The notes under the pieces: model-generated | Database searches by the model: none | What the model was told of the DNA's origin: nothing | The model's input: only the letters and a program-made list of their open reading frames with translations | Source: Pseudomonadota bacterium | Lineage (GTDB): Bacteria > Pseudomonadota > Alphaproteobacteria > Rhizobiales > Rhizobiaceae | Direction of reading: 5' to 3' | Length of the DNA stretch: 64,000 nucleotides | Assembly (NCBI GenBank): GCA_020161665.1 | Contig: JAIUPA010000006.1 | Span: 129,583 to 193,582 of the forward strand | Shown here: positions 10,115 through 19,599 of the stretch, one piece after another | Layout: every line of letters begins with the position of its first letter | Numbering within the stretch: the first letter of the stretch is position 1 | Translations under genes and position numbers: made by a program

Positions 10115-10138
10115 CAATCGAACTGAACGGTTCGATTT
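10115..10138. promoter_or_regulatory. Candidate TetR operator B
   Basis: The sequence is caATCGAACtgaacgGTTCGATtt, with an internal 7-bp dyad ATCGAAC/GTTCGAT. It lies immediately upstream of the tetR start. Confidence 0.55.
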
Positions 10139-10163
10139 GAGTAAACACAAGGATAACGACCGG

Positions 10164-10862
10164 ATGGAAACGTCTGAAACCCTGCCGCACAACGATGAGC
10201 GCAAGGCGGATTGCCCCGCCCCGGCCCATGGTCGCTTCGCGGCAGGCGAAGATCCGGTCAAACGCGAACAGATCCTCGATGGTGCCCACACCGTTTTCAT
10301 GGCGCAGGGCTTTGACGCCGCCTCCATGAACGACATCGTGCGAGAGGCCGGTGTCTCGAAGGGAACGCTCTACGTTTACTTCGAAAACAAGGAACAGCTC
10401 TTTTCGGCCCTGATTGCCCGTGAACGCGACCGTTTCGCCACCTTCATGCGTGATGCCGTCGCCCGCTACGACCGTATTGAGGATGCGCTTCTGCATTATG
10501 GCAACGCGCTGGTGCTGCATCTCTGTTCGCAATCGACGATTTGCGCCATGCGCAGCGTCATTGCGGTGGCTGACCGCATGCCGAGCCTGACGCGTGGTTT
10601 CTTCCAGTCGGCACCGGCCACGATCCGCACCGTCTTGAAGGATCTGATCGACCGCGAGGCCGCCAAAGGCACGTTGATTGTCGAGGATTCCGATCTTGCG
10701 GCCCGCCAGTTCATCGAGCTTTGCTCGGGCACTTTCTTCAAGTTCCGCCTGTTTGGCGAAATGGGGGAAGCCCCGCCGCCGCAGGAAACCGACTATGTGG
10801 TGCGTGAAGCCATCAAGATGTTCATGCTGCGCTATGGTGCCCAAAACGCTGCAAAGCGATAA
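10164..10862 (+). CDS. TetR/AcrR family transcriptional repressor (likely emrAB regulator)
   Basis: ORF 10137..10862 begins at a TTG. The ATG at 10164 has an AAGGA SD. The TetR HTH reads FDAASMNDIVREAGVSKGTLYVYFENKEQLF. The gene is divergent from emrAB. Confidence 0.85.
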   Translation: METSETLPHNDERKADCPAPAHGRFAAGEDPVKREQILDGAHTVFMAQGFDAASMNDIVREAGVSKGTLYVYFENKEQLFSALIARERDRFATFMRDAVARYDRIEDALLHYGNALVLHLCSQSTICAMRSVIAVADRMPSLTRGFFQSAPATIRTVLKDLIDREAAKGTLIVEDSDLAARQFIELCSGTFFKFRLFGEMGEAPPPQETDYVVREAIKMFMLRYGAQNAAKR

Positions 10863-10955
10863 ATCTCGATAACATTCGTGTGACCGGCTTGTGTTAAGCC
10901 AAACACCCCATACATCTGCGGGAATATAGGTCTCACGAAAGGTTTTTCCTTCATC

Positions 10956-11705
10956 ATGCAGGACATTCTGCCGCTGCTTTCCGATCCAGCCGCCTGGGTT
11001 GCCCTTGTCACCCTCGTGGTCATGGAAGTCGTCCTTGGCATCGACAACCTGATTTTCATCTCGATCCTCACCAACAAGCTGCCGCCGGAACATCGTGAAA
11101 AGGCCCGCAAGATCGGTATCGGTCTGGCGCTGATCATGCGTCTGGCGCTGCTCGGCACCGTGGCCTGGATCGTCAAGCTGACGGCCCCCGTCTTCACGGT
11201 CTTCGATCACCCCTTCTCATGGAAGGACATGATCCTGATTGCCGGCGGTCTCTTCCTCGTCTGGAAGGCAACGAAGGAAATCCACCACAATGTCGATCCG
11301 GTCGACCACAAGGAAGACATGGTGGGCGGTGCCGTCACCACGACCTTTGCCGCCGCCATCGGCCAGATCCTCGTTCTCGACCTCGTTTTCTCGATCGACA
11401 GCATCATCACCGCCGTTGGCATGACCCCGCATCTGCCGATCATGGTGGTTGCCGTGATTGCTGCTGTGACCGTCATGCTGGTCGCCGCAACGCCGCTCGC
11501 CAACTTCATCGAGAAGAACCCGACCATCGTCATGCTGGCGCTCGCCTTCCTGCTGATGATCGGCACCACGCTGATCGCCGAAGGCATGGGCTTCCACGTA
11601 CCGAAGGGCTATGTCTACACCGCCATGGCCTTCTCGGCTGCGGTCGAAGTGCTCAATATGGTGGTCCGCCGCAGGCGTCAGCGGGCGCACGACGCGCAGC
11701 ATTAA
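10956..11705 (+). CDS. TerC family integral membrane protein
   Basis: ORF 10956..11705. It shows TerC hallmarks ([16 protein letters not shown] and [15 protein letters not shown]) and has multiple TM segments. Confidence 0.85.
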   Translation: MQDILPLLSDPAAWVALVTLVVMEVVLGIDNLIFISILTNKLPPEHREKARKIGIGLALIMRLALLGTVAWIVKLTAPVFTVFDHPFSWKDMILIAGGLFLVWKATKEIHHNVDPVDHKEDMVGGAVTTTFAAAIGQILVLDLVFSIDSIITAVGMTPHLPIMVVAVIAAVTVMLVAATPLANFIEKNPTIVMLALAFLLMIGTTLIAEGMGFHVPKGYVYTAMAFSAAVEVLNMVVRRRRQRAHDAQH

Positions 11706-11737
11706 ACGCGCCGCCTCGTTCCAATCCGATCCATCCG

Positions 11738-11765
11738 AAGCCCCCGTTCCTCACGGGGGCTTTTT
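11738..11765 (+). terminator. Rho-independent terminator after terC
   Basis: The sequence is gaaGCCCCCGttcctcaCGGGGGCttttt. Confidence 0.8.
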
Positions 11766-11964
11766 GCATGCGCCTCACAAAGGCCTGTTTGCACGGTTTT
11801 TCTTGACCTGACCGGCCGAATATGGCCTAAGCCTTGCCCGAATGGAGAGCCGTTTCACGGCGGGCCACGCCTTTTCGCGTCTGGTCGTTTCCACCCGAAA
11901 ATCCTCCCGGAAACCGCGCTTCCTGCGGCCCGCTCCGGGACAGCATCATGGATCGAGAGTTCTG

Positions 11965-13419
11965 ATGAGCACCTCCGGCGTTCGCGTCCGCATTGCCCCT
12001 TCCCCGACCGGCGAGCCGCATGTCGGCACCGCCTATATCGCCCTTTTCAACTACCTCTTTGCGAAAAAGCATGGCGGCACCTTCATCCTGCGGATCGAGG
12101 ATACGGATGCCACCCGCTCGACGCCCGAGTTTGAGGAAAAGGTGCTGGAAGCACTGAAATGGTGCGGTCTGGAATGGTCGGAAGGTCCGGATGTGGGCGG
12201 CCCCTACGGCCCCTACCGCCAGTCGGATCGCAAGTCGATGTACTGGCCCTATGCCCAGGACCTGCTCGACAAGGGTCACGCCTTCCGCTGCTTCTGCACG
12301 CCGGAACGTCTGGAAAAGATGCGCGAAGACCAGCGCGCCAATGGCAAGCCGCCGGGCTATGACGGCCACTGCCTCAACCTCAAGGCCGAGGAAGTCTCCG
12401 CCCGCGTTGCGGCAGGCGAGCCCTCCGTCGTGCGCATGAAGATCCCGACCGAAGGCTCGTGCGATTTTCGTGACGGTGTTTACGGCGATGTCTCGATCCC
12501 GTGGGAATCGGTCGACATGCAGGTGCTGATCAAGGCCGACGGCATGCCGACCTACCACATGGCCAATGTCATCGATGACCATCTGATGAAGATCACCCAT
12601 GTGGCACGCGGCGAGGAATGGCTGGCCTCCGTGCCCAAGCACATTCTGCTTTATCGCTATTTCGGCTGGGACGAGCCGGTGTTCATGCATCTGTCGCTGA
12701 TGCGCAATGCCGACAAGTCCAAGCTTTCGAAGCGCAAGAACCCCACGTCGATTTCCTATTATTCGGCGCTCGGCTACCTGCCGGAAGCGCTGATGAACTT
12801 CCTCGGCCTGTTCTTCATCCAGATCGCCGAAGGCGAGGAAATGCTGTCGATGGACGAGCTTGCCGAAAAGTTCGACCCGGAAAACCTCTCCAAGGCCGGC
12901 GCCATTTTCGACATTCAGAAACTGGACTGGCTGAATGGCCGCTGGCTGCGTGAAAAGCTGTCGCCGGAAGAATTCATCGGCCGCATCCTCACCTGGGCAT
13001 CGGAAAACGACCGCCTGATCGAGGGCCTGAAGCTGGCCCAGAGCCGCATCACCAAGCTGGGCGAACTGCCGAACCTGGCGGGCTTCCTGCTGGCGGGCGA
13101 CGTGGGCATAAAGCCGGAAAGCTTTGCCAGCCTCAAGACCACGCCTGCCGAGACGCTGGAAATCCTGCAGACGGTGGCCGCCGATCTCGAAAAGATGCTC
13201 GAATGGAATGTCGAGACCATCGAAGCCGAACTGCGCGCCGTGGCCGAACGCACCGGCAAGAAGCTGAAGTTTGTCACCCCGCCGCTCTTCATCGCCATGT
13301 CCGGCTCGTCACGCTCGCTGCCGCTGTTCGACTCGATGGCGCTGCTGGGGCGTTCCGTGGTGCGTCAGCGCCTGAAGGTTGCCGCCGCCGCTGCCGCCCA
13401 GCTGGTCGGCTCGAACTGA
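11965..13419 (+). CDS. gltX: Glutamate--tRNA ligase
   Basis: ORF 11842..13419 trimmed to ATG 11965 (MSTSGVRVRIAPSPTGEPHVGTAY, the HIGH motif). A KLSKR (KMSKS) motif is present. Confidence 0.93.
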   Translation: MSTSGVRVRIAPSPTGEPHVGTAYIALFNYLFAKKHGGTFILRIEDTDATRSTPEFEEKVLEALKWCGLEWSEGPDVGGPYGPYRQSDRKSMYWPYAQDLLDKGHAFRCFCTPERLEKMREDQRANGKPPGYDGHCLNLKAEEVSARVAAGEPSVVRMKIPTEGSCDFRDGVYGDVSIPWESVDMQVLIKADGMPTYHMANVIDDHLMKITHVARGEEWLASVPKHILLYRYFGWDEPVFMHLSLMRNADKSKLSKRKNPTSISYYSALGYLPEALMNFLGLFFIQIAEGEEMLSMDELAEKFDPENLSKAGAIFDIQKLDWLNGRWLREKLSPEEFIGRILTWASENDRLIEGLKLAQSRITKLGELPNLAGFLLAGDVGIKPESFASLKTTPAETLEILQTVAADLEKMLEWNVETIEAELRAVAERTGKKLKFVTPPLFIAMSGSSRSLPLFDSMALLGRSVVRQRLKVAAAAAAQLVGSN

Positions 13420-13429
13420 AATACCCGGG

Positions 13430-13545
13430 GGGAACACCCCCTCATCCGCCTGCCGGCACCTTCTCCCCGATGGGGAGAAGAAGGGAAGTGGCACCACCTT
13501 CTTTCCCTCTCCCCCGCGGGGAGAGGGTCAGGGTGAGGGGTAACT
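13430..13545. repeat. REP/RIME-like intergenic palindromic element with two GC-rich hairpins
   Basis: Hairpin 1 is at 13460..13480 (CTTCTCCCCgatGGGGAGAAG, 9-bp stem). Hairpin 2 is at 13505..13527 (CCCTCTCCCCcgcGGGGAGAGGG, 10-bp stem). The element lies between gltX and lysS. Confidence 0.7.
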
Positions 13546-13601
13546 GCTGAAGCCGGGTTCGCCATACATTCGCGACGACCGCCGCAACAGGAAACGACAA
13601 G

Positions 13602-15101
13602 ATGACCGATAACAAGACCGCCGAAACCGCCCTTTCCTCCGATGTCTCGGAAGTCCGCCGCCAGAAGCTGGCCATCCTGCGTGAAAAGATCGGCGACGTT
13701 TATCCCGCCCATTTTCACCGCACGATCACCAATGCCGAACTGGCGGAGAAGTATGAGGGTCTGGAACCCGATACCGAAACCGGCGACGAAGTGACGGTCG
13801 CAGGCCGCGTCTATTCGGCCCGCAACTCCGGCATGTTCATCGACCTGCGCGACGCATCCGGCAAGATCCAGATCTTTTCCCACAAGGACACGACGCCGGA
13901 AGAAGCCCGCGATCTTCTGCCGCTCATCGACCTTGGCGATATCATTGGTGTTACCGGCAAGGTGCGTCGCACCAAGCGTGGCGAACTGACGATCAACGCC
14001 GAAAAGATCACCATGCTGACGAAGTCGCTGCTGCCCATGCCGGAAAAGTGGCATGGCATTTCCGACATCGAAATCCGCTACCGCAAGCGCCACCTCGACA
14101 TCATGACCAATGAGGATTCGAAGCTGCGCTTCCTGCAGCGTTCGAAGATCATCTCCGGCGTGCGTCGCTTCATGGAAGGCGAAGGCTTCCTCGAAGTCGA
14201 AACCCCGATGCTGCAGACGGTCTACGGCGGCGCGACAGCGGACCCGTTCAAGACCTTCCACAACACGCTGAAGATGGACATGTACCTGCGCATCGCGCCG
14301 GAACTTTTCCTCAAGCGCACGCTGGTCTCCGGTCTTTCGGACAAGGTGTTCGAAATCAACCGCAACTTCCGCAATGAAGGCGTCTCCACCCGTCACAATC
14401 CTGAATTCACGATGATGGAGTGTTACTGGGCCTATGCCGACTATGAGGACATTATGGGCCTCGTGGAACGCCTGACCGAGGAACTGGCCCTTTCGCTTTA
14501 TGGCACGACCGACGTCACCTTCGGCGACAAGGTCATCAACTTCAAGGGTCCGTTCAAGCGCGTGCCGATGCCCGATGCCGTCAAGGACGTCACCGGCATC
14601 GACTTCCTGTCGCTGAAGACCGACGAAGAAGCCCGCGCCGCTGCCAAGGCGGCAGGTTTCGAAGTCGAGAAGGACTGGACCTGGGGCGAATGCCTGGCCT
14701 TCATCTTTGAGGAAAAGGTGGAAGGCACGCTGATCCAGCCGAGCCACGTCACCCATTTCCCGAAGGACATTTCGCCCTTCGCCAAGGAAGTGCCGGGCGA
14801 GCCGCGCCTCGTCGAGCGTTTTGAGAGCTATTGCAACGCCTGGGAAATCGCCAACGCCTTCTCCGAATTGAACGATCCGGAAGAGCAGCGCCGCCGCATG
14901 GAAGAGCAGCTGGAACAGGCCCACGCCCGTGGCGAAAAGGACAAGCAACTGGACGACGAATTCCTCGACGCCATCGATCAGGGCATGCCGCCCGCCGGTG
15001 GTCTCGGCATCGGCATCGACCGTTTGATCATGCTTTTGACCAACGCCCCGTCGATCCGCGACGTGATCCTCTTCCCGGCCCGCCGCAACAAGGCGGACTG
15101 A
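13602..15101 (+). CDS. lysS: Lysine--tRNA ligase, class II
   Basis: ORF 13602..15101. It has an OB-fold N-domain (VTVAGRVYSARNSGMFIDLRDASGKIQIF) and class II motifs (FRNEG..., GMPPAGGLGIGIDRL). Confidence 0.93.
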   Translation: MTDNKTAETALSSDVSEVRRQKLAILREKIGDVYPAHFHRTITNAELAEKYEGLEPDTETGDEVTVAGRVYSARNSGMFIDLRDASGKIQIFSHKDTTPEEARDLLPLIDLGDIIGVTGKVRRTKRGELTINAEKITMLTKSLLPMPEKWHGISDIEIRYRKRHLDIMTNEDSKLRFLQRSKIISGVRRFMEGEGFLEVETPMLQTVYGGATADPFKTFHNTLKMDMYLRIAPELFLKRTLVSGLSDKVFEINRNFRNEGVSTRHNPEFTMMECYWAYADYEDIMGLVERLTEELALSLYGTTDVTFGDKVINFKGPFKRVPMPDAVKDVTGIDFLSLKTDEEARAAAKAAGFEVEKDWTWGECLAFIFEEKVEGTLIQPSHVTHFPKDISPFAKEVPGEPRLVERFESYCNAWEIANAFSELNDPEEQRRRMEEQLEQAHARGEKDKQLDDEFLDAIDQGMPPAGGLGIGIDRLIMLLTNAPSIRDVILFPARRNKAD

Positions 15102-15126
15102 GGCGACGGGAACAGCCAAAAACACG

Positions 15127-15153
15127 AAAGGCGGGGCAAAACCCCGCCTTTTT
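15127..15153. terminator. Bidirectional terminator between lysS and the His-rich protein gene
   Basis: The sequence is aaaGGCGGGGcaaaaCCCCGCCttttt. Confidence 0.8.
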
Positions 15154-15173
15154 GATATTCGCAGATTGATGGC

Positions 15174-16040
15174 TTAATGCGTGGTGTTTTCCGCCACATG
15201 CTCGCCTTCGGCGGCATGACCTGCATCGGAATGCTCGTCACCATGGCCTTCGGCGGGCGCTGCATCATGCCCCCCTTCCGCCGGAGCCTCATGACCGCCT
15301 TCCGCCGGCGCATCATGGCCACCTTCGGCGGGTGCGCCATGGCCATCGGCCTCGCCGTGGCCAGAGGCTGCCTCACCGTGACCGGACGCAGCTTCACCAT
15401 GGCCGGACGCAGCTTCGCCATGGCCATCCTTGGCACCGTGGCCGTCTTCTTCCTTCTTGGCATTCGGATCGACACAAAGGTCGCGGGTCGTGATCGTCTC
15501 GGCAAGCGCCTTCACGTCCTCTTCGGTCAGTTCCACCTTCATTCCGTAATAAAGGCCATCGGGACCGGCACCACCTTCGGAGTAGCGCGCCGCAAAAGCG
15601 GCAGACGGCAGATCGCTCGGCAGCTTTTCGGGATGCGCAATCAAAAGAACATTGGCCCCCAACGCCCGTCCGCGCATATCGGCGCGCGATTTCGGCCCCT
15701 TGGCATCCAGCACCGCCACCTGAACGAGATCGGGCTTGTCGCGCTCCTGAATGGCAAGCGCCACGCGCATCGCCGTTTTCAGCCGTGTCATACCGTCGCC
15801 GCCGTCAACGGACACATACTGACGGATCCAGTAGCGGTTTTTCTTGCGAAGAATTTCACTGCGCAGATCATTGCAGACAAGGCCGTTGGCTTCCTCGGCC
15901 TTGGCCTCGTGCGTTCCCGTCACCCGATCCGCAAAGAAGTAGAGCACGGCTCCGCCGACCGCCCCCAGAAAGAGCAGCACACCGGCCATAATGAACACGA
16001 TCTTCCGCGACAGGCGGATCTTGCCCAATAGCCCCTTCAT
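15174..16040 (-). CDS. Hypothetical membrane-anchored protein with a C-terminal His/Gly/Glu/Ala-rich tandem-repeat tail
   Basis: ORF 15174..16064 begins at a GTG. The ATG at 16040 gives MKGLLGKIRLSRKIVFIMAGVLLFLGAVGGAVLYFF, a single N-terminal TM segment. The tail contains GHGEAAS x3 and GGH-D/E-APAE x3. I recognise no family. Confidence 0.6.
   Translation of the reverse strand: MKGLLGKIRLSRKIVFIMAGVLLFLGAVGGAVLYFFADRVTGTHEAKAEEANGLVCNDLRSEILRKKNRYWIRQYVSVDGGDGMTRLKTAMRVALAIQERDKPDLVQVAVLDAKGPKSRADMRGRALGANVLLIAHPEKLPSDLPSAAFAARYSEGGAGPDGLYYGMKVELTEEDVKALAETITTRDLCVDPNAKKEEDGHGAKDGHGEAASGHGEAASGHGEAASGHGEADGHGAPAEGGHDAPAEGGHEAPAEGGHDAAPAEGHGDEHSDAGHAAEGEHVAENTTH
15177..15446 (-). repeat. In-frame tandem repeats (21-nt and 24-nt units) encoding the His-rich tail
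   Basis: On the plus strand the 24-nt units are ccttccgccggagcctcatgaccg / ccttccgccggcgcatcatggcca / ccttcggcgggtgcgccatggcca. The 21-nt units are of the form ggccggacgcagcttc-ac/gc-cat. I count 14 His in the last 90 residues. Confidence 0.8.
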
Positions 16041-16220
16041 GCCGAACGCTCCGGCATCACTCACTCCACAGGTTACGCAATACAGGCCTTCACCATGGGA
16101 GCGCGCAGTTGAGGAAAGCTTAAGCCTAACCTCCGGTAAACGGCCTAAAGCCCTGTTTCACGGGCCTGATCGGCGCCAGTTTGTGAACGTGGTAAACGAA
16201 TGGAAAAAATCAGGTCGGCG

Positions 16221-16865
16221 TCAAAGCAGGCTCGCACCGACATTGATGGCAAGCGCCAGAATGGTGGTGTTGAACAGGAAGGACAGAACAGAATGGATCA
16301 TCACCATGCGCCGCATGGCGAGGCTGGTGACCGAAACATCCGCCGTCTGCGCCGCGACGCCAATGGTGAAGGCGAAATAGACGAAGTCCCAATAGGCAGG
16401 CTCCACATAGGCATCCGCCTCGGGAAACCGCAAACCGCCGCCATCGCCATCATCGGAATAGTAGCGGTGGGCATAGTGCAGCGTGAACAATGTGTGCAGG
16501 AAGGTCCAGGAAATCAGAACCGTCGCCATGGCCAGAAGTGCGCTGAAGAAGCGAACATCGGTTTCGGCGGACCGCGCCCCGATCAGTTCGAAGCCAATGC
16601 CTGCGAGACTAGCAATCGAAGCCGAGACACTCAGCATCAAAATGACGGAATCGGAAAGATCAAGCTCCGCCGCCCGCCGTTTGAGCCGCGCCATGGACGA
16701 GCGCATCATCCGCACCCAGACGACGACGAGGTAGACCAACGCCATCAGGTTCCAGACAATCAGGGCATTCGCAGCCGTCGGCTCATGCCAGAACACCGCA
16801 ACGATCGCGATGGCGCCGGTCAAAAGCGCCATCGAAAGAGCGGGATGTTTGCGAAGGAAACTCAC
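16221..16865 (-). CDS. DUF1345-type integral membrane protein
   Basis: ORF 16221..16865. It has about 5-6 TM segments and the central motif HYAHRYY...LRFP...[12 protein letters not shown] that I associate with DUF1345. The GTG start overlaps the tal stop codon (GTGA). Confidence 0.65.
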   Translation of the reverse strand: MSFLRKHPALSMALLTGAIAIVAVFWHEPTAANALIVWNLMALVYLVVVWVRMMRSSMARLKRRAAELDLSDSVILMLSVSASIASLAGIGFELIGARSAETDVRFFSALLAMATVLISWTFLHTLFTLHYAHRYYSDDGDGGGLRFPEADAYVEPAYWDFVYFAFTIGVAAQTADVSVTSLAMRRMVMIHSVLSFLFNTTILALAINVGASLL

Positions 16866-17818
16866 GCGTCAAGCGCCGCCTTCACCTTGGCGCGAAGCGT
16901 GCCGAGATCCTTGCCAAACAGGCGAATCCCTTCGGCAAGCTTTTCGGTGGCCATGGCATCTTCATTGAGCGCCCAGCGGAACGCCTTCTCATCCAGCGAC
17001 ACATGCGGCTCCGGCATCACCGTTTCCGGCGAGAGAACGCGGGTCAGCGTGCCGGTATCCTTGTCGAGCTCCTCAAGCAGGGCGGGCGAGATCGTCAGCC
17101 GGTCGCAACCGGCCAGCGCCTCGATTTCACCGGCATTGCGGAAGGAAGCGCCCATCACCACGGTCTTGATACCGTTGGCCTTGTAGTAATTGTAGATCGC
17201 GCGCACGGAGACAACGCCCGGATCGGTTTCCGCCGTATAGGTCTCGCCGGTCGCCTTCTTGTACCAGTCGAGAATGCGCCCGACGAAGGGCGAGATGAGG
17301 AAGACGCCCGCATCGGCGCAGGCAATCGCCTGTGCCTTGCTGAAGAGAAGCGTGAGGTTGCAGTCGATGCCTTCCTTCTGCAGCACTTCGGCAGCGCGAA
17401 TGCCTTCCCAGGTGGAGGCAAGCTTGATGAGGATCTTCTCACGGCCAATGCCGCGCGCTGCATAGGCGGCGATGATCTGGCGCGCCTTGGCAATCGAAGC
17501 CTGCGTGTCAAAGGAAAGATCGGCGTCCACTTCGGTCGAAACGCGGCCCGGCACCAGCGCCGCAAGGGCAGCCCCCACCGAAATCGCCAGACGATCCGCC
17601 ACGGCAGCTGTCACGGCTTCCGCTGATCCGCCCTGCGCCTTGCCCCAGGAAACGGCTTCCGCAAAGGCATCATCGAAGGCGGGCGTCGAAAGTGCCTTCA
17701 GAACAATCGTCGGATTGGTGGTGCAATCCACAGGCTTCAGACGAGCCACAGCTTCAATGTCGCCGGTATCGGCAACCACCGTGGTCATGGCGCGAAGCTG
17801 GTCGAGTTTGGATGTCAT
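16862..17818 (-). CDS. tal: Transaldolase (TalB type)
   Basis: ORF 16862..17818 starts [42 protein letters not shown] and has the Schiff-base Lys context [21 protein letters not shown] is present. Confidence 0.92.
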   Translation of the reverse strand: MTSKLDQLRAMTTVVADTGDIEAVARLKPVDCTTNPTIVLKALSTPAFDDAFAEAVSWGKAQGGSAEAVTAAVADRLAISVGAALAALVPGRVSTEVDADLSFDTQASIAKARQIIAAYAARGIGREKILIKLASTWEGIRAAEVLQKEGIDCNLTLLFSKAQAIACADAGVFLISPFVGRILDWYKKATGETYTAETDPGVVSVRAIYNYYKANGIKTVVMGASFRNAGEIEALAGCDRLTISPALLEELDKDTGTLTRVLSPETVMPEPHVSLDEKAFRWALNEDAMATEKLAEGIRLFGKDLGTLRAKVKAALDA

Positions 17819-17890
17819 GGGAGGCTTCCTCGGTTGGTTTTGCAGCCGACTATTTCCCGCTTGCCCGCCCCCGTCAAGAACATTGCCAAA

Positions 17891-18775
17891 TCACAAAAGC
17901 TGACCAGCCTCCCAGCCGAGCATGGCGCGCTTGCGTGTCAGCCCCCAGTGATAGCCGGTCAGCGCGCCGCTTTTGCCGAGCGCGCGATGACACGGCACCA
18001 CAAAGGAAATCGGGTTGCGCCCGACCGCAGCCCCAACCGCGCGCGACGCCGTTGGCTGACCAATATCGCAGGCAAGGTCCGAATAGGTCACGGCCCGCCC
18101 CAGCGGAATTTTGAGGAGGCTTTCCCACACCCGCACCTGAAAATCCGTACCAATCAGCACCACGCGCAAAGGCTGTTCGGATGCCCATTGCGAAGGATCA
18201 AAAATGCGCTTGGCATAGGGTTCAGTCGCCGCCCGGTCTTCCACGTATTCGGCATTCGGCCAGCGCTGCGCCATATCCTCGAAACACGGCTGTTCCTCGC
18301 CCTGATCGGCAAAGGCAAGACCTGCCAGCCCGCGATCCGTGATCATCACCAGCGCCTGCCCGAAGGGCGAGATGTGATAACCGTAACGGATCGTCAGCCC
18401 GCCACCACGCGCCTTCCACTCGCCCGGCGACATCGCCTCATGGCTTACGAACAGATCATGCAGCCGCCCCGGCCCGGAAAGCCCGACCTCTAGCGCCGTA
18501 TCAAGAAGCGGCAACCCCTCGCGACCGAGAAGTCGCTTGGCATGATCAAGCGTCACGGCCTGCAAAAAGGCTTTCGGCGAAAGCCCGGCCCAGCGGGTAA
18601 AGACCTTCTGCAATTGCGTTGGAGAAGCCTCTAGCCTTGCTGCAATCGTCTCCAGCGACGGTTGCTCCCGGTAATCCGTGGTCAGCATTTCGATGACGCG
18701 ACGCACCGTTTCATAATCGCCACCTTCGGGCGTGACATCGCGGACGGCGGATACGGCATTGACAAGCATGGTCAT
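17891..18775 (-). CDS. Bifunctional AraC-type HTH / methylated-DNA--protein-cysteine methyltransferase (Ada/Ogt-like)
   Basis: ORF 17891..18868 trimmed to ATG 18775 (AGGAGA SD). It has an AraC HTH region (PSLETIAARLEASPTQLQKVFTRWAGLSPKAF) and a C-terminal MGMT active site, VPCHRAL. Confidence 0.85.
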   Translation of the reverse strand: MTMLVNAVSAVRDVTPEGGDYETVRRVIEMLTTDYREQPSLETIAARLEASPTQLQKVFTRWAGLSPKAFLQAVTLDHAKRLLGREGLPLLDTALEVGLSGPGRLHDLFVSHEAMSPGEWKARGGGLTIRYGYHISPFGQALVMITDRGLAGLAFADQGEEQPCFEDMAQRWPNAEYVEDRAATEPYAKRIFDPSQWASEQPLRVVLIGTDFQVRVWESLLKIPLGRAVTYSDLACDIGQPTASRAVGAAVGRNPISFVVPCHRALGKSGALTGYHWGLTRKRAMLGWEAGQLL

Positions 18776-18846
18776 TCTCCTTTGAAAGACAGGGGACCAC
18801 GGCGCGCGCCGCATTTCCACCCGTTTCTTGCGCCGATCCACCAAAG

Positions 18847-19593
18847 ATGCCGAACATGCCAACCTCAACCGCCAAGCCGAAGCCCGCCCCGCGCAAGCGT
18901 TCGCCCAAATCGCTGTATAGCGAGGCGGACCTCGCCGAAATCTTCCGCCGCTTTTCGATCCAGCGTCCGGAGCCGAAGGGGGAGCTCGCCCACACCAACC
19001 CGTTCACGCTGGTGGTCGCGGTCGCCCTTTCGGCACAGGCAACCGATGTGGGCGTCAACCGCGCCACGAAAGACCTTTTCGCCGTGGCCGACACGCCGCA
19101 AAAGATGCTGGCGCTCGGCGAGGAGCGTCTTCGCGATTACATCAAGACCATCGGCCTTTATCGCAACAAGGCGAAAAACGTCATCGCCCTTTCGCAAAAG
19201 CTGATCGACGATTTCGGCGGCCAAGTACCGAAGACGCGGGAGGAACTGGTGACGCTGCCGGGCGTCGGGCGCAAGACGGCCAATGTCGTCATGTCCATGG
19301 CCTTTGGCATTCCGACGCTCGCCGTCGATACGCATATTTTCCGCATCGCCAACCGTCTGCTTCTCGCCCCCGGCAAAACCCCGGACGAGGTGGAAGACAA
19401 GATGATGAAAATCATCCCGAAGGACTATCTCTATCACGCCCACCACTGGCTGATCCTGCACGGGCGTTACTGCTGCAAGGCGCGCAAGCCCGAATGCGAG
19501 AAATGCGTGATCGCCGACCTCTGCAAGTCACCGGAAAAGACCTGCGACGTTCCGGCAACGCTTGTCGAACTGCCGCCGCAGGTCATCATCTGA
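18847..19593 (+). CDS. nth: Endonuclease III (DNA glycosylase/AP lyase)
   Basis: ORF 18847..19593. It has the HhH-GPD motif LPGVGRKTANVV and the 4Fe-4S cluster CKARKPECEKCVIADLC. Confidence 0.92.
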   Translation: MPNMPTSTAKPKPAPRKRSPKSLYSEADLAEIFRRFSIQRPEPKGELAHTNPFTLVVAVALSAQATDVGVNRATKDLFAVADTPQKMLALGEERLRDYIKTIGLYRNKAKNVIALSQKLIDDFGGQVPKTREELVTLPGVGRKTANVVMSMAFGIPTLAVDTHIFRIANRLLLAPGKTPDEVEDKMMKIIPKDYLYHAHHWLILHGRYCCKARKPECEKCVIADLCKSPEKTCDVPATLVELPPQVII

Positions 19594-19599
19594 TCATGG

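Noticed and set aside
10863-10955. A yybP-ykoY (manganese) riboswitch upstream of the TerC-family gene.
   Set aside because: The 93-nt leader is too short and lacks the conserved GGGGAGUAG-type core of that motif.
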